Assembly: GCA_019745975.1 (NCBI GenBank)
Contig: JAIESQ010000030.1
Location: 2,513 to 66,512, forward strand
Direction of reading: 5' to 3'
Length of the DNA: 64,000 nucleotides
Origin: Pirellulales bacterium
Lineage (GTDB): Bacteria > Planctomycetota > Planctomycetia > Pirellulales > JAEUIK01
Position numbers and translations under genes: made by a program. This document shows, in pieces, positions 26,797-37,200 of this stretch. Numbering within the stretch: position 1 is the stretch's first letter; every line of letters starts with the position of its first letter. A model generated the notes under the pieces. The model did not search any database. It was not told the DNA's origin and was given only the letters and a program-made list of their open reading frames with translations.

Positions 26797-29592
26797 ATGG
26801 CGTCCAACTCTGGTCGGCACGAGCCGAGCCGTCAGGCCGGTGTCGTGGCGTTTGTCTTACTGGCGGCCTCCGCGTTTCTGCTGGTGTCGTTGGCCACCTT
26901 TGACGCGGCCGATGCGCCGCGGCGGCTGGTGTACCCGCCCATCGCTGAAACTGGCAACCTTTGCGGCCGCGCGGGGGCTTGGACCGCCGCGCTGTTGTAC
27001 GAAGGGCTCGGCATTGGCGCCTGGTACTTTGCGTTGTCATTGGGTGCCTGCGGCGCGGTGATGATCGGCGGGCATGCCGTCAACGAGCCGGGCGTGCGGA
27101 TGTTCGGCTGGCTCTTGTCGCTGGTCGGCGGGACCGCATTGGTCGACGCCGCGCTACCCGGTTTGGCTGTGGGAACGGTGATCGGATCGGGAGGTTACCT
27201 GGGCGCAACCGTGCGCGGACTGCTTGAACCGCATTGCGAGATTGCCGGCGTTTACATCCTCACGACGGGGCTGGTGCTCGGCGGACTGGTGCTGGCGACC
27301 GACTACTTCCTGTTCCGCACCGTGGCCGTGACCACGCGCGTCACCGTGCGCCAGGCCCAGCGGGGGGCGGGTCAGCTTTCGCACGTCGGCAAGTTGCTGC
27401 CGACCGTCCGCGGTTCGCTGGCACGCAGCACGGCGACGACCGATCTGGAGCAGGGCCCAGCCGAGGCTGACGAGGAAGAGGACGAGGAATCGAGCGACTT
27501 GCGGATCACGCGCGGTGCGGCTAACCGCGACGAAGCTGCGGAAGCCGACACCGAAGGCGCCGATACCGCGGAGGAAGCCGGTGACGGCGAGCCGGACGAT
27601 GAGTCGGCTGCCACCGACAGCGACAAGAAGCCGGCCGACGCGCTGCGCGTCCGCCCGCCTCGCAAGAGTGAGCGCGAGGTCCTGCTGGCCGAGATCGAGG
27701 CCAACAGCCGGCCGTTGGAAGCGGTCGAATACGAAATGCCGTCGCTCGAGCTGCTGTTGGAAGGCACTCCGATGCAGTTCGACGAGCAAGAGAAGGACGT
27801 GCGCCGCAAGGCGAAGATCCTCGAACGCACGTTTGCCAACTTCGGCTTCCAGGTCAAAGTGGTCGAAGTCGAGACTGGCCCGGTCATTGCCCAGTTCGAG
27901 GTCGAACTCGAGGCCGGCCTGCGCTTGAGCAAGATCACCAGCCTGGCCGACGACCTGGCGATTGCCCTGCGCGTGCCGAGCGTGCGTATCGTGGCCCCCA
28001 TCCCCGGCAAGAACACCGTCGGCATCGAGGTGCCAAATGCCGAGCGGCAGCTTGTTCGCTTGCGCGAGGTGATCGAGGAATCGTCGGGCAAGGCCGCTAA
28101 GATGCGCATCCCGATCTTCCTGGGCAAGGACGTCTCGGGCAAGTCGATGATCGTCGACCTCGCGACCTTGCCGCACCTATTGATCGCCGGCCGCACCGGC
28201 ACCGGCAAGAGCGTCTGCTTGAACACGATCATCATGTCGATCCTGATGACCCGCCGGCCCGACGACGTGCGGATGCTGTTGATCGACCCCAAGATGGTCG
28301 AGCTCAGCAGCTACATGCGGTTGCCGCACCTGATGCACCCGGTGGTGACCGACATGAAGAAGGCCGAGGCGATCTTGGCCTGGGCCGTCGACAAAATGGA
28401 GGAACGCTACGCCCTGCTGGCCCGTGCCGGCGTGCGGCATATCAGCGTCTACAACCAGTTGGGGGAAGAGGAACTATTCGATCGCTTGCAGCCGGAGACC
28501 GACGAAGACCGCCAGCATATCCCCACGCATTTGCCGTATATCGTGATCGTGGCCGACGAAATGGCCGACTTGATGATGACCGCCGCCAAGGAGGTCGAGG
28601 GGCACATTATCCGTCTAGCACAGAAGAGCCGGGCGGTCGGCATCCACCTCGTGCTCGCCACCCAGAAACCGACGGTCGACGTGATCACCGGTCTGATTAA
28701 GTCGAACCTGCCCGCGCGCATTTCGTTCCAGGTAGCCAGCCGCACCGATAGCCGCGTGGTGCTCGACGAAATGGGGGCTGACAAGCTGTTGGGCAACGGC
28801 GACCTGCTGTTCCTCTGGCCGGGCACGAGCACGCTGTTGCGCGGACAGGGCGCCTACGTGAGCGACGACGAGATCAGCCATGTGGTCGACGTTGTCGGCA
28901 CGACGGAGCCGCAATTCGTGCAGGAGCTGGTCGCGCTGAAGCCGGCCGCGCCTGACGCCAAGGAAGGGCCGAACCGCCACAACGACGAGCTCTACGACTC
29001 GGCGGTCGATATCGTGATTCGCGAAGGTCGCGGCAGTGTGTCGCTCTTGCAGCGGTCGCTGGGCATCGGCTACGGCCGCGCCGCCCGCTTGATCGACTAC
29101 ATGGCCGAGGACGGGATCGTCGGCCAGTACAACGGCTCACAAGCCCGCGAGGTGCTGGTCACCCTGGAACAATGGCAAGCGATGACCAGCGAAGAAGCGG
29201 CAGACGATCGGCTTTCGGCGGCTAGCGCCGCGGCCTCGACGGGGCTACCGAAGCGCGCCTTGTTACCGCCGCCCGAGCCGCGCGTGCGATCGGGCGCCCA
29301 GGCATCTCGCAAGCAGCCGCCTTTCGTTGTCGATGACGAGGAAGGCGAGGAGGAAGAAGGCGAAGCAGACTCGTTCGACGAAGAATCCGAGGAGGACGAA
29401 TTCGAGGAGGCCCCCGACGCCGATGACGAGTCGGACGAAGGCGAAGCGGACGAGGACTACGGCGAAGACGACGCCGAGGAATCGGACGAAGACGCCGACG
29501 AATTCGACGAGGCCGACGCTGAGGAAATCGACGAAGACGAAGAGGACGACGCCGACGACCCTCCCGCCCCTCGCACACGACACAGGGCGTAG
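26797..29592 (+). CDS. ftsK: DNA translocase FtsK
   Basis: N-terminal TM domain, PHLLIAGRTGTGKS Walker A, IDPKMVEL, LATQKP, gamma domain (SLLQRSLGIGYGRAARLID), acidic tail. Confidence 0.95.
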   Translation: MASNSGRHEPSRQAGVVAFVLLAASAFLLVSLATFDAADAPRRLVYPPIAETGNLCGRAGAWTAALLYEGLGIGAWYFALSLGACGAVMIGGHAVNEPGVRMFGWLLSLVGGTALVDAALPGLAVGTVIGSGGYLGATVRGLLEPHCEIAGVYILTTGLVLGGLVLATDYFLFRTVAVTTRVTVRQAQRGAGQLSHVGKLLPTVRGSLARSTATTDLEQGPAEADEEEDEESSDLRITRGAANRDEAAEADTEGADTAEEAGDGEPDDESAATDSDKKPADALRVRPPRKSEREVLLAEIEANSRPLEAVEYEMPSLELLLEGTPMQFDEQEKDVRRKAKILERTFANFGFQVKVVEVETGPVIAQFEVELEAGLRLSKITSLADDLAIALRVPSVRIVAPIPGKNTVGIEVPNAERQLVRLREVIEESSGKAAKMRIPIFLGKDVSGKSMIVDLATLPHLLIAGRTGTGKSVCLNTIIMSILMTRRPDDVRMLLIDPKMVELSSYMRLPHLMHPVVTDMKKAEAILAWAVDKMEERYALLARAGVRHISVYNQLGEEELFDRLQPETDEDRQHIPTHLPYIVIVADEMADLMMTAAKEVEGHIIRLAQKSRAVGIHLVLATQKPTVDVITGLIKSNLPARISFQVASRTDSRVVLDEMGADKLLGNGDLLFLWPGTSTLLRGQGAYVSDDEISHVVDVVGTTEPQFVQELVALKPAAPDAKEGPNRHNDELYDSAVDIVIREGRGSVSLLQRSLGIGYGRAARLIDYMAEDGIVGQYNGSQAREVLVTLEQWQAMTSEEAADDRLSAASAAASTGLPKRALLPPPEPRVRSGAQASRKQPPFVVDDEEGEEEEGEADSFDEESEEDEFEEAPDADDESDEGEADEDYGEDDAEESDEDADEFDEADAEEIDEDEEDDADDPPAPRTRHRA

Positions 29593-29678
29593 ACCGCAAT
29601 TTTTTCGTAGTTTGCCGGCCCGTGGTGACTAAGATGTAACAAGCCAGCACAGTTCGCGCTCACGCAAGGTAGGGGCCG

Positions 29679-30953
29679 ATGGGAAGCTCGGCCCGCACGT
29701 CTTCCGGCCTCTTCTTGCAGCGGATGCCTTCGATGAGCGACACCGTCACCCTGCCGCGCTCGACGACCCGAACCAAGCGCATCCGATCGACGGGCGAAAA
29801 GAACGTTCCCCGTCACGACGCCCGGCTGACCGCAAGAGCTCGCTTTCGTGCGGCCGCGGCTGCCCGCAGTCCTGGTCGTCCGCACGCCCGCGTCTTGGTG
29901 ATTGGCGCCGGCCCGGCCGGCCTGGCCACCGCCGCCAGCTTGAAAATGATTGGTGTCCGCGCCGACCTCGTCGATCGCTCGGGGCGCATCGGCGGAGCGT
30001 ATGCCCGGCTCGAAGGGGGCATCGTGCTGTCGAGCCCCGCCAAAACAACGCAACTCCCCGGATTGCCGATCGACGCCAAGACGCGTTACATCACGATCGC
30101 GCAGTATCGTGACTACCTGAGGCGCTACGCCACGCATCATGCCTTGGTGCCAGATCGACAGATCATTGAAAAGATCGAGCGCGTCGGCGACAACTTCCTG
30201 GTGTACATGGCTGGCGAATCCCGACCGCGGAAGTACGAGGCCGTTGTCGTGGCCACCGGCATGTGCGAACACCCGGTTTGGCCGCGCATCGAGGGGCTGA
30301 CTGAAGGCCCCCGCAAGCAAAACACGCCGCGCGTCTTTCACTCGCGCGATTGGCCAGGGCACGCTGCCGTGGCCGGCAAGAAGATTCTGATCGTCGGCGG
30401 CGCGAGCAGCGCCATCGCAATCGCCGAACAGTGTGCCAAGGCCGGCACGCCTGTCACGGTGAGCAGCCGTCGCGAGCAGGTGCGCTTCTCGTGGGCCAAA
30501 CTGCGTGGCCTCGATTTCCGCGGCTTGATCTACCCGATAACGCGGCGCTTGCCACGCTGGCTGTTCGGCGAGCGTTGCGGTTCGCGGCCAGCGTTTACCG
30601 GCACCGACAATGGCTTTCGCAAGTATCGCCGCCAGGGGCTGATCGACGTGCAGGGGCCGGTCGTGAAGTTCACTGGCCGACAAGCGACCTTCGCCGACGG
30701 TTGGACCGAGCGGTTTGACGTCGTCGTGCTGGCGACCGGCTTTCAGTTCCGCATGCCGTTTCTGCCCGATGAAGTCGAGCGAGCCAGCGGCGGCCAACCG
30801 TTGGCCGACGAGGGTCAGAGCCGCTCGTGGCCGGGGCTCTATTTTGTCGGCATCCCCTGCGGCCGCACCGTCGCCAGCGAGTTCCTGCACGGCATGGCGG
30901 CCGACGCGCCGAAGGTCGCCGCGCAGATTCGTGCCCGCCTGCGGGTGCGATAG
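29679..30953 (+). CDS. Flavin-containing monooxygenase-like NAD(P)/FAD-dependent oxidoreductase
   Basis: VIGAGPAGL, VVVATG, FHSRDW, LIVGGASSA, LATGF motifs; start codon uncertain. Confidence 0.75.
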   Translation: MGSSARTSSGLFLQRMPSMSDTVTLPRSTTRTKRIRSTGEKNVPRHDARLTARARFRAAAAARSPGRPHARVLVIGAGPAGLATAASLKMIGVRADLVDRSGRIGGAYARLEGGIVLSSPAKTTQLPGLPIDAKTRYITIAQYRDYLRRYATHHALVPDRQIIEKIERVGDNFLVYMAGESRPRKYEAVVVATGMCEHPVWPRIEGLTEGPRKQNTPRVFHSRDWPGHAAVAGKKILIVGGASSAIAIAEQCAKAGTPVTVSSRREQVRFSWAKLRGLDFRGLIYPITRRLPRWLFGERCGSRPAFTGTDNGFRKYRRQGLIDVQGPVVKFTGRQATFADGWTERFDVVVLATGFQFRMPFLPDEVERASGGQPLADEGQSRSWPGLYFVGIPCGRTVASEFLHGMAADAPKVAAQIRARLRVR

Positions 30954-31101
30954 CTCCGCTGCCCTCGTAGTAGCGGGCCGCCGCGCGGCGGAAATTGCAT
31001 CAACGACCTCCACATAGAACACTTGCTTCCCGGTTCGCGATCCTATTTCACGCTGCCGGCGTCCGTCATAGAATAGATAAAGTGAGCAGTGGAGCAGCGG
31101 A

Positions 31102-31338
31102 ATGACGCTACAAATCTCTGCGGATGTCGAGCAGTTGATCCGACTTCAGATGGCGACAGGTCATTACCAGTCTGAGGACGATCTGCTACGCGACGCGTTG
31201 CAGGCGCTCGCCGAGCGAGCGGACGATGTCGCGGCGATTCAAGAAGGCCTCGATGACTTGCTGGCTGGCCGAGTTCATCTGCTCGACGAAGTTGACGCCG
31301 AGATTCGACAGCGCTTCGGCTTCACTTCGCGACAATGA
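31102..31338 (+). CDS. ParD-like (ribbon-helix-helix) antitoxin
   Basis: ATGHYQSEDDLLRDALQAL motif; 78 aa; ATGA overlap with downstream toxin. Confidence 0.8.
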   Translation: MTLQISADVEQLIRLQMATGHYQSEDDLLRDALQALAERADDVAAIQEGLDDLLAGRVHLLDEVDAEIRQRFGFTSRQ

Positions 31339-31670
31339 ACCGGCGCGTCGTTTTGTCGGCGCGCGCCAAACGCGAGCTCATCGCCGCGACCGAGTGGTGG
31401 GCGACGCATCGGTCGACCGAACAAGCGGACCGTTGGTACGCCGGCTTTCTCAAGACCCTTGAAGCATTGAGCGATACCGCTCCGCGGTATCCGCTGGCTC
31501 GCGAACGCGCGACGTTCGCTGCGGAATTGCGGCAGCTCAACTACGGTGTTAGCAAGCGGCCGACACACCGTGCCGTATTCGTAGTTCACGACGACGTTGT
31601 CGTCGTGCTTACGATTCGCCACCTTGCGCAACGCGACTTGAGCGGCGAAGAGCTTGCTGAACAGGAGTGA
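31335..31670 (+). CDS. RelE/ParE-family toxin
   Basis: VVLSARAKREL N-terminus and VVVLTIRH C-terminus; paired with upstream antitoxin. Confidence 0.8.
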   Translation: MNRRVVLSARAKRELIAATEWWATHRSTEQADRWYAGFLKTLEALSDTAPRYPLARERATFAAELRQLNYGVSKRPTHRAVFVVHDDVVVVLTIRHLAQRDLSGEELAEQE

Positions 31671-31726
31671 ATCGTTTTCGGGCGGTCGATCGACCTGGTG
31701 GAACAGCCGTCGTGCTCAAGCCATCC

Positions 31727-32098
31727 ATGTTTTCGCGTCACTGGTTTCGCTTTCGACTCAGCACGTGGACCGTGTTGTTGGTGATTCTCAGTGCAACACT
31801 TGGTCTCGAACCGACAATCATCCATACGACGCGGCGAACCCGAATGATCGAACGTTCGGCTGTTGATCTTGCTGCTGAAACCAGCCTCAGCCATTGGTAC
31901 TTGAGTCGTGGTTTTCCTAGTCCCTACTGGCGCTATGATGTCGTCAAGCAACCGAACTCGACGCTGTTCTGGCCTGCGCTGGCGCTCATGTGCTTCGTGA
32001 TAGCAAAGTACGCTTGGGCCGTAGGGATTGAAGCCGAGGGGGTGCTGGCCGAAGACCCCGAATTTGCCACAAGAGATGGCAGGCGGCCCCGCGGTTGA
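31727..32098 (+). CDS. Hypothetical membrane protein
   Basis: WFRFRLSTWTVLLVI planctomycete-like start and a second hydrophobic segment; atypical codon use. Confidence 0.35.
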   Translation: MFSRHWFRFRLSTWTVLLVILSATLGLEPTIIHTTRRTRMIERSAVDLAAETSLSHWYLSRGFPSPYWRYDVVKQPNSTLFWPALALMCFVIAKYAWAVGIEAEGVLAEDPEFATRDGRRPRG

Positions 32099-32123
32099 CA
32101 TCCCCCCGGACCGCACCTAAGCT
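32095..32123 (+). promoter_or_regulatory. sigma70-type promoter of the cimA leader
   Basis: TTGACA-17 bp-TAAGCT. Confidence 0.65.
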
Positions 32124-32170
32124 TGAGAACCGAAGTTTCGCTCGTTGAACCGCTGCCCAAGGCGCCAAAA

Positions 32171-32269
32171 GTGGCCCGAATCGCCGATCACCGAGTCGTC
32201 GCTCACCCCGTCGGGGTTCGGCCGATGATTGCCCGGATCGCGATTATTGGAGACCACCTCCGGCCTTAA
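32171..32269 (+). CDS. Putative Val/Ile-rich attenuator leader peptide of cimA
   Basis: GTG 32171 (or ATG 32225) to TAA 32269: MARIADHRVVAHPVGVRPMIARIAIIGDHLRP; followed by an intrinsic terminator. Confidence 0.7.
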   Translation: MARIADHRVVAHPVGVRPMIARIAIIGDHLRP

Positions 32270-32304
32270 GGCTCGCCGCGGCGAAACACTAGCCAAGCCA
32301 GCAG

Positions 32305-32336
32305 CCCTGAGGCCAAACCGGCCCCAGGGTTTTTTT
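32305..32336 (+). terminator. Intrinsic terminator (attenuator) upstream of cimA
   Basis: CCCTGAGGCC-AAACC-GGCCCCAGGG hairpin followed by a T7 run, 170 nt before the cimA start. Confidence 0.8.
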
Positions 32337-32507
32337 GTTGATGGAATGGTCGTAACTAGAGAACCCTGAACGATCGCACGCGACGACTCAACCGTTAGCC
32401 GCGGGACTCGTCCCGCGCGCTAGCTTGTGTGATATCGCGTCGAGCCCGCTAGCGCGCGGAGTAAACTCCGCGGCTAACCAGAAGGAATTCATCGATTGGG
32501 TGAACCC

Positions 32508-34109
32508 ATGACCCGCATCCAGATTTACGACACCACGCTCCGCGACGGTTGCCAGGGCGAAGGGGTGAACCTCTCGCTGCAAGACAAGCTGTTGATCACC
32601 GAGCGGCTCGACGCGCTGGGCTTCGATTTCGTCGAAGGGGGTTACCCACTCTCGAACGAAAAGGACGCCCAGTTCTTCCAGCGCGTGCGCGAGCTGCCGC
32701 TGAAGCGCACCCAAGTGTGCGCCTTCGGCATGACGCGGCGCAAAGGGGCGACGTGCGACGCCGATCCCGGCATGGCCGCCCTGCTCGATGCGCAGGCCAA
32801 AGTGCTGACGATTGTCGGCAAGACGTCGGACTTTCATGCCACCGAAATCTTGCGCGTCTCGCTCGAAGAAAACCTGGCGATGATCGCCGAGACCGTGCGC
32901 TACCTGCGCAACGCCGGCCGGCGCGTGATTTACGACGCCGAGCACTTCTTCGACGGCTGGAAGTCGAACCCCGACTACGCCCGGAAGACCATCCGCGCGG
33001 CGGCCGCCGCCGGCGCCGAGCTCGTCGTGCTCTGCGACACCAACGGCGGCAGCATGCCCGAGGAAGTTGCCGACCTGGTGCGCGAAGCCGCCCGCTCGGT
33101 CAGCGTGCCGATCGGCATCCATTGCCACAACGATTGCGAGCTGGCCGTGGCCAACTCGCTGGCGGCCGTCGAGGCCGGCGCCGTCCACGTGCAGGGAACC
33201 ATCAACGGACTCGGCGAACGCTGCGGCAACGCCGATCTCGTATCGGTCGTCGCCAATCTGGGGCTCAAGAAGCGCGGTTACGAAGTGCTCGCCGCGGGTG
33301 GCGTCACGCACCTGACCGACCTGTCGCGGTTTGTTTACGAAACGGCGAACTTGCACCTGCGGGCGAACCAGCCGTTCGTCGGCCAGAGCGCGTTTGCCCA
33401 CAAGGGGGGCATGCACGTGCACGCCATCAACCGGGCCACGCAAAGCTACGAGCACATTGCCCCCGAGAGCGTCGGCAACGAGCGGCGCGTGCTGGTGAGC
33501 GAGCTGTCGGGCCGCTCGAACATCGAAGCGCTCGCCAACCGCCACGATCTGCCGCACGATCGCCAGCTCTTGGATCGGGTGCTCGCGCAAGTCGTCGCGC
33601 TCGAGAACCAGGGGTACCAGTTCGAGGCGGCTGAAGCCTCGTTCGATCTCTTGGTCAAGAAATGCGCTGGCTCGTTTGCCGCTCATTTCGAGCGGCTGAG
33701 CTACCGAGTGAACGTCGAGAGCGGGCCCGACGGCTCAGTGACGACCGAGGCGACCGTCAAACTTCGCGTCGGCGACCGGTTGCTGCACGAAGTGGCCGAA
33801 GGAGACGGCCCGGTCAACGCGCTCGACGCGGCGCTACGCAAGGCGCTGGCCGAGCCGTACCCGAACCTCGCCAGCATGCGGCTTGTCGATTACAAGGTGC
33901 GCGTGATCAATTCCGACGCGGGCACTGCGGCCGGAGTGCGCGTAATGATCGAAAGCCAGGACGACGGTGCCTTGTGGGGCACGGTGGGCGTGAGCGAAAA
34001 CGTCATCGAGGCGAGCTGGCTCGCCCTGGTCGACAGTTTCGAGTACAAGCTCTACAGAGACGAAGCGAAAAAGAGCCCCCGCGCGACGGCGGAGCTGGTG
34101 GAGAGCTAA
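32508..34109 (+). CDS. cimA: Citramalate synthase (LeuA/CimA family)
   Basis: [66 protein letters not shown] typical of the bacterial CimA clade. Confidence 0.88.
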   Translation: MTRIQIYDTTLRDGCQGEGVNLSLQDKLLITERLDALGFDFVEGGYPLSNEKDAQFFQRVRELPLKRTQVCAFGMTRRKGATCDADPGMAALLDAQAKVLTIVGKTSDFHATEILRVSLEENLAMIAETVRYLRNAGRRVIYDAEHFFDGWKSNPDYARKTIRAAAAAGAELVVLCDTNGGSMPEEVADLVREAARSVSVPIGIHCHNDCELAVANSLAAVEAGAVHVQGTINGLGERCGNADLVSVVANLGLKKRGYEVLAAGGVTHLTDLSRFVYETANLHLRANQPFVGQSAFAHKGGMHVHAINRATQSYEHIAPESVGNERRVLVSELSGRSNIEALANRHDLPHDRQLLDRVLAQVVALENQGYQFEAAEASFDLLVKKCAGSFAAHFERLSYRVNVESGPDGSVTTEATVKLRVGDRLLHEVAEGDGPVNALDAALRKALAEPYPNLASMRLVDYKVRVINSDAGTAAGVRVMIESQDDGALWGTVGVSENVIEASWLALVDSFEYKLYRDEAKKSPRATAELVES

Positions 34110-34117
34110 GGTCGAAA

Positions 34118-34190
34118 GGGGACGGGAGTCGTTTCTGAGCTACGATTCTCGAACTCTCCATGTCGACGAACAGAAACGACTCCCGTCCCC
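34118..34190. repeat. Perfect 20-bp inverted repeat (GGGGAC...GTCCCC family)
   Basis: GGGGACGGGAGTCGTTTCTG (34118-34137) / CAGAAACGACTCCCGTCCCC (34171-34190), 33-nt spacer, between cimA and valS. Confidence 0.85.
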
Positions 34191-34230
34191 GTTTTTGGGC
34201 CGCGCGCATCGACTACCAAGCGAGTACACG

Positions 34231-37200
34231 ATGTCCTCCCCGACGACTGCCGAGGAACTTCCCAAACAATACGACCATCGCGCCGCCCAATCGCGCTGGT
34301 ACCGCTTCTGGGAGGATCGCGGCTACTTCCATAGCGAGCCCGAGGCCGGGCGCAAGCGCTTCTCGATCGTCATCCCGCCCCCCAACGTGACCGGCGCGCT
34401 GCACCTCGGCCACGCCTTGAACAACGTGCCACAAGACATCATCGTGCGCTTCAAGCGCATGCAGGGGTTCAACACCCTTTGGATGCCGGGGACCGATCAT
34501 GCCGGGATCGCCACGCAAGCGGTGGTCGAGCGGCGGCTCTTGTCCGAAGAGAAAAAAAGCCGCCATGACCTGGGGCGCGAAGAATTGGTGCGCCGCATCT
34601 GGCAGTGGAAAGACGAATACGAAGCCCGCATCCTCGGCCAGCTCAAGCAGATGGGCTGCAGTTGCGACTGGCAGCGCACGCGCTTCACGCTCGACGAGCA
34701 GTGCGCTCGCGCGGTGCGGCACACGTTCTTCGATTTCTTCCGCAAGCGGCTGATCTATCGCGGCAAGCGGTTGGTGAACTGGGATACCTACCTGCAAACC
34801 GCCGTCAGCGACGACGAGGTGTTTCACGAAACCGTGAAGGGGCACTTCTGGCACTTGAAGTATCCCGTGATCGATCCACGGCCGGGTGAGCCCGAGTTCG
34901 TGACGATCGCCACCACGCGCCCCGAGACGATGTTGGGCGACACGGCCGTGGCCGTGCATCCCGATCCGGCCGCGGCGCTCGACGCCGCTGAGCAGGCGCT
35001 GCGCGAAAAGCTGACCGCCGCCGCTGCTAAGGAACGCCCTGAGATTGAAGTCGCACTGGAAAACCTGGCAGCGCGCCGCCGCACGCATTTGCCGGAGCTG
35101 TTGAAACTGCGCGACATGGCTCGCGCGGGTCGGCAACTCGAACTGCCGCTCTTGAAGCGACCGATTCCACTGGTGGCCGACGAGTGGGCCAAGCCGGAGC
35201 TGGGCTCAGGCGCTGTGAAGATCACGCCGGGGCACGACCCCAACGACTACGAAGTGGGCCTGCGGCAAAAGCTGCCGATGATCAACATTCTCAACGCTGA
35301 TGGCACGCTGAACGAGAGTGCCGGGCCATATCAAGGTCTCTCGATCAACGAAGCGCGCCGCCGCGTGGTGGCCGATCTCGAAGCGGCCGGCCTCTTGGGC
35401 GAAATCGAAGATCGCGAGATCGAGCTGGCCCACAGCGACCGTTCGAAGACGCCGATCGAGCCGCGCCTGGCCGACCAGTGGTTCGTGCGGATGCAACAAC
35501 TCGCGCAAACGGCCATGGACGCGGTGACCGACGAGCGCGTGAAGATCTTTCCCGCGCGGTACGCCAAGAGCTATCTCGACTGGCTCGGCGAAAAGCGCGA
35601 CTGGCCGGTGAGCCGGCAACTCTGGTGGGGGCACCAGATTCCGGTGTGGTACGCGCCGGCCGAAGTGAAAGAAGAGGAGCTCGAGCGCGGTTTTGGCGGC
35701 CGCGACGACATCGCCTGGGAGCGCGACGCTGAGACGAATCGCTGGCTGATCTGCGCTCGCGACGAGAACCTGCCGGCCAACGCCCTCGCGCCGCACGAAT
35801 TGGTGCGCGAAGAAGACGTGCTCGACACCTGGTTCAGTAGCGCGCTGTGGCCGCACAGCACGCTCGGCTGGCCCGACGACACGCCGGAGCTGCGCTACTA
35901 CTACCCGACCGACCTGTTGATCACCAGCCGCGACATCATCACGCTCTGGGTGGCGCGGATGGTGCTCACCGGGCTGTCGAACGTGGGGGATGTGCCGTTT
36001 CGTCACGTGTATATCCATCCCAAGATTCTCGATCGCTATGGTGATACGATGTCGAAGTCGAAGGGGAACGGCGTCGACCCCTTGGACGTGATCGACAAGT
36101 TTGGCGCCGATGCCCTGCGGTTCGGCATCGCTTATCTGGCCACCGAAACGCAAGACATTCGCATGCCGGTGGAGTTCGAGTGTCCGCATTGTCAGAAGCT
36201 GGTGGAGCAGACTCGCGAGAACCGGTTGCACGCGCGGATCAAATGCCCCGCTTGCGGCCAGGCGTTCGGCACCCAGTGGGCCGAGAAGGATGCCGACCGC
36301 CAGTTGCCGCGCGGCGCCGTGGTGAGCGAGCGGTTCGAGTTCGGCCGCAACTTCTCGAACAAGCTGTGGAACGCCTCGCGATTCGCGATCATGAACCTAG
36401 CCGGCTATGAGCCAGGCACCGTGACCGACGACGAGCTGGCACTCGAAGACCGCTGGGTGCTCAGCCGGCTGGCCACCGTGACCGCGGGCGTCACGACTGC
36501 GCTGGAAGAATACAAGTTCGCCGAAGCGGCCCGGCAGCTCTACGACTTCGCCTGGGACGAGTTCTGCAGCTTCTACCTGGAGATGATCAAGGGGCGCTTG
36601 CAAGACGAAGCGCAGCGCTTGGCCGCGCAGCGTGTGTTGGCCCACGCCCTCGACAACTTGCTGCGGCTCTTGCACCCGTTCATTCCCTTCGTCACGGAAG
36701 AAGTGTGGCAGCGCTTGGCGGCGGTGGCGCCGGCGCGCGGGATCGCCGCGCTTGAGGAACCGGCCGAGAGCATCATGATCGCCGCCTGGCCGACGCCCGA
36801 TGGCGCGCGGCGCGACGCGGCCGTCGAGTCGCGGTTCGCCCGCTTCCAGGAATTGCTCAAAGGACTACGCGACGTGCGCTCCCGGCAAAGCGTGCCGCCG
36901 AAGACGATCGTAAAGTTCGCCGTGCGCTGCGATGCCGAGACGGCGCGCGAGTTGTCGTCGCTGGCGCCGTACTTCGCCTCGCAAGCAGGCGCGGAAGCAA
37001 CCGGCTGGGGGGCCGACGCGGTTGTGCCAGCCACGCACGCCAAGTTCCTGGTGGCTGGCTGCGAAGTGTTCGTCGACCTGGCCGGCTTGATTGATGTGCC
37101 GGCCGAAATCGCCAAGAACGAGCGCGAAGTCGAGAAAGTCACCGGCTTCATCGCTGCCAAGCAGAAGAAGCTGGCCAACGCCAGCTTTGTGGAGCGGGCA

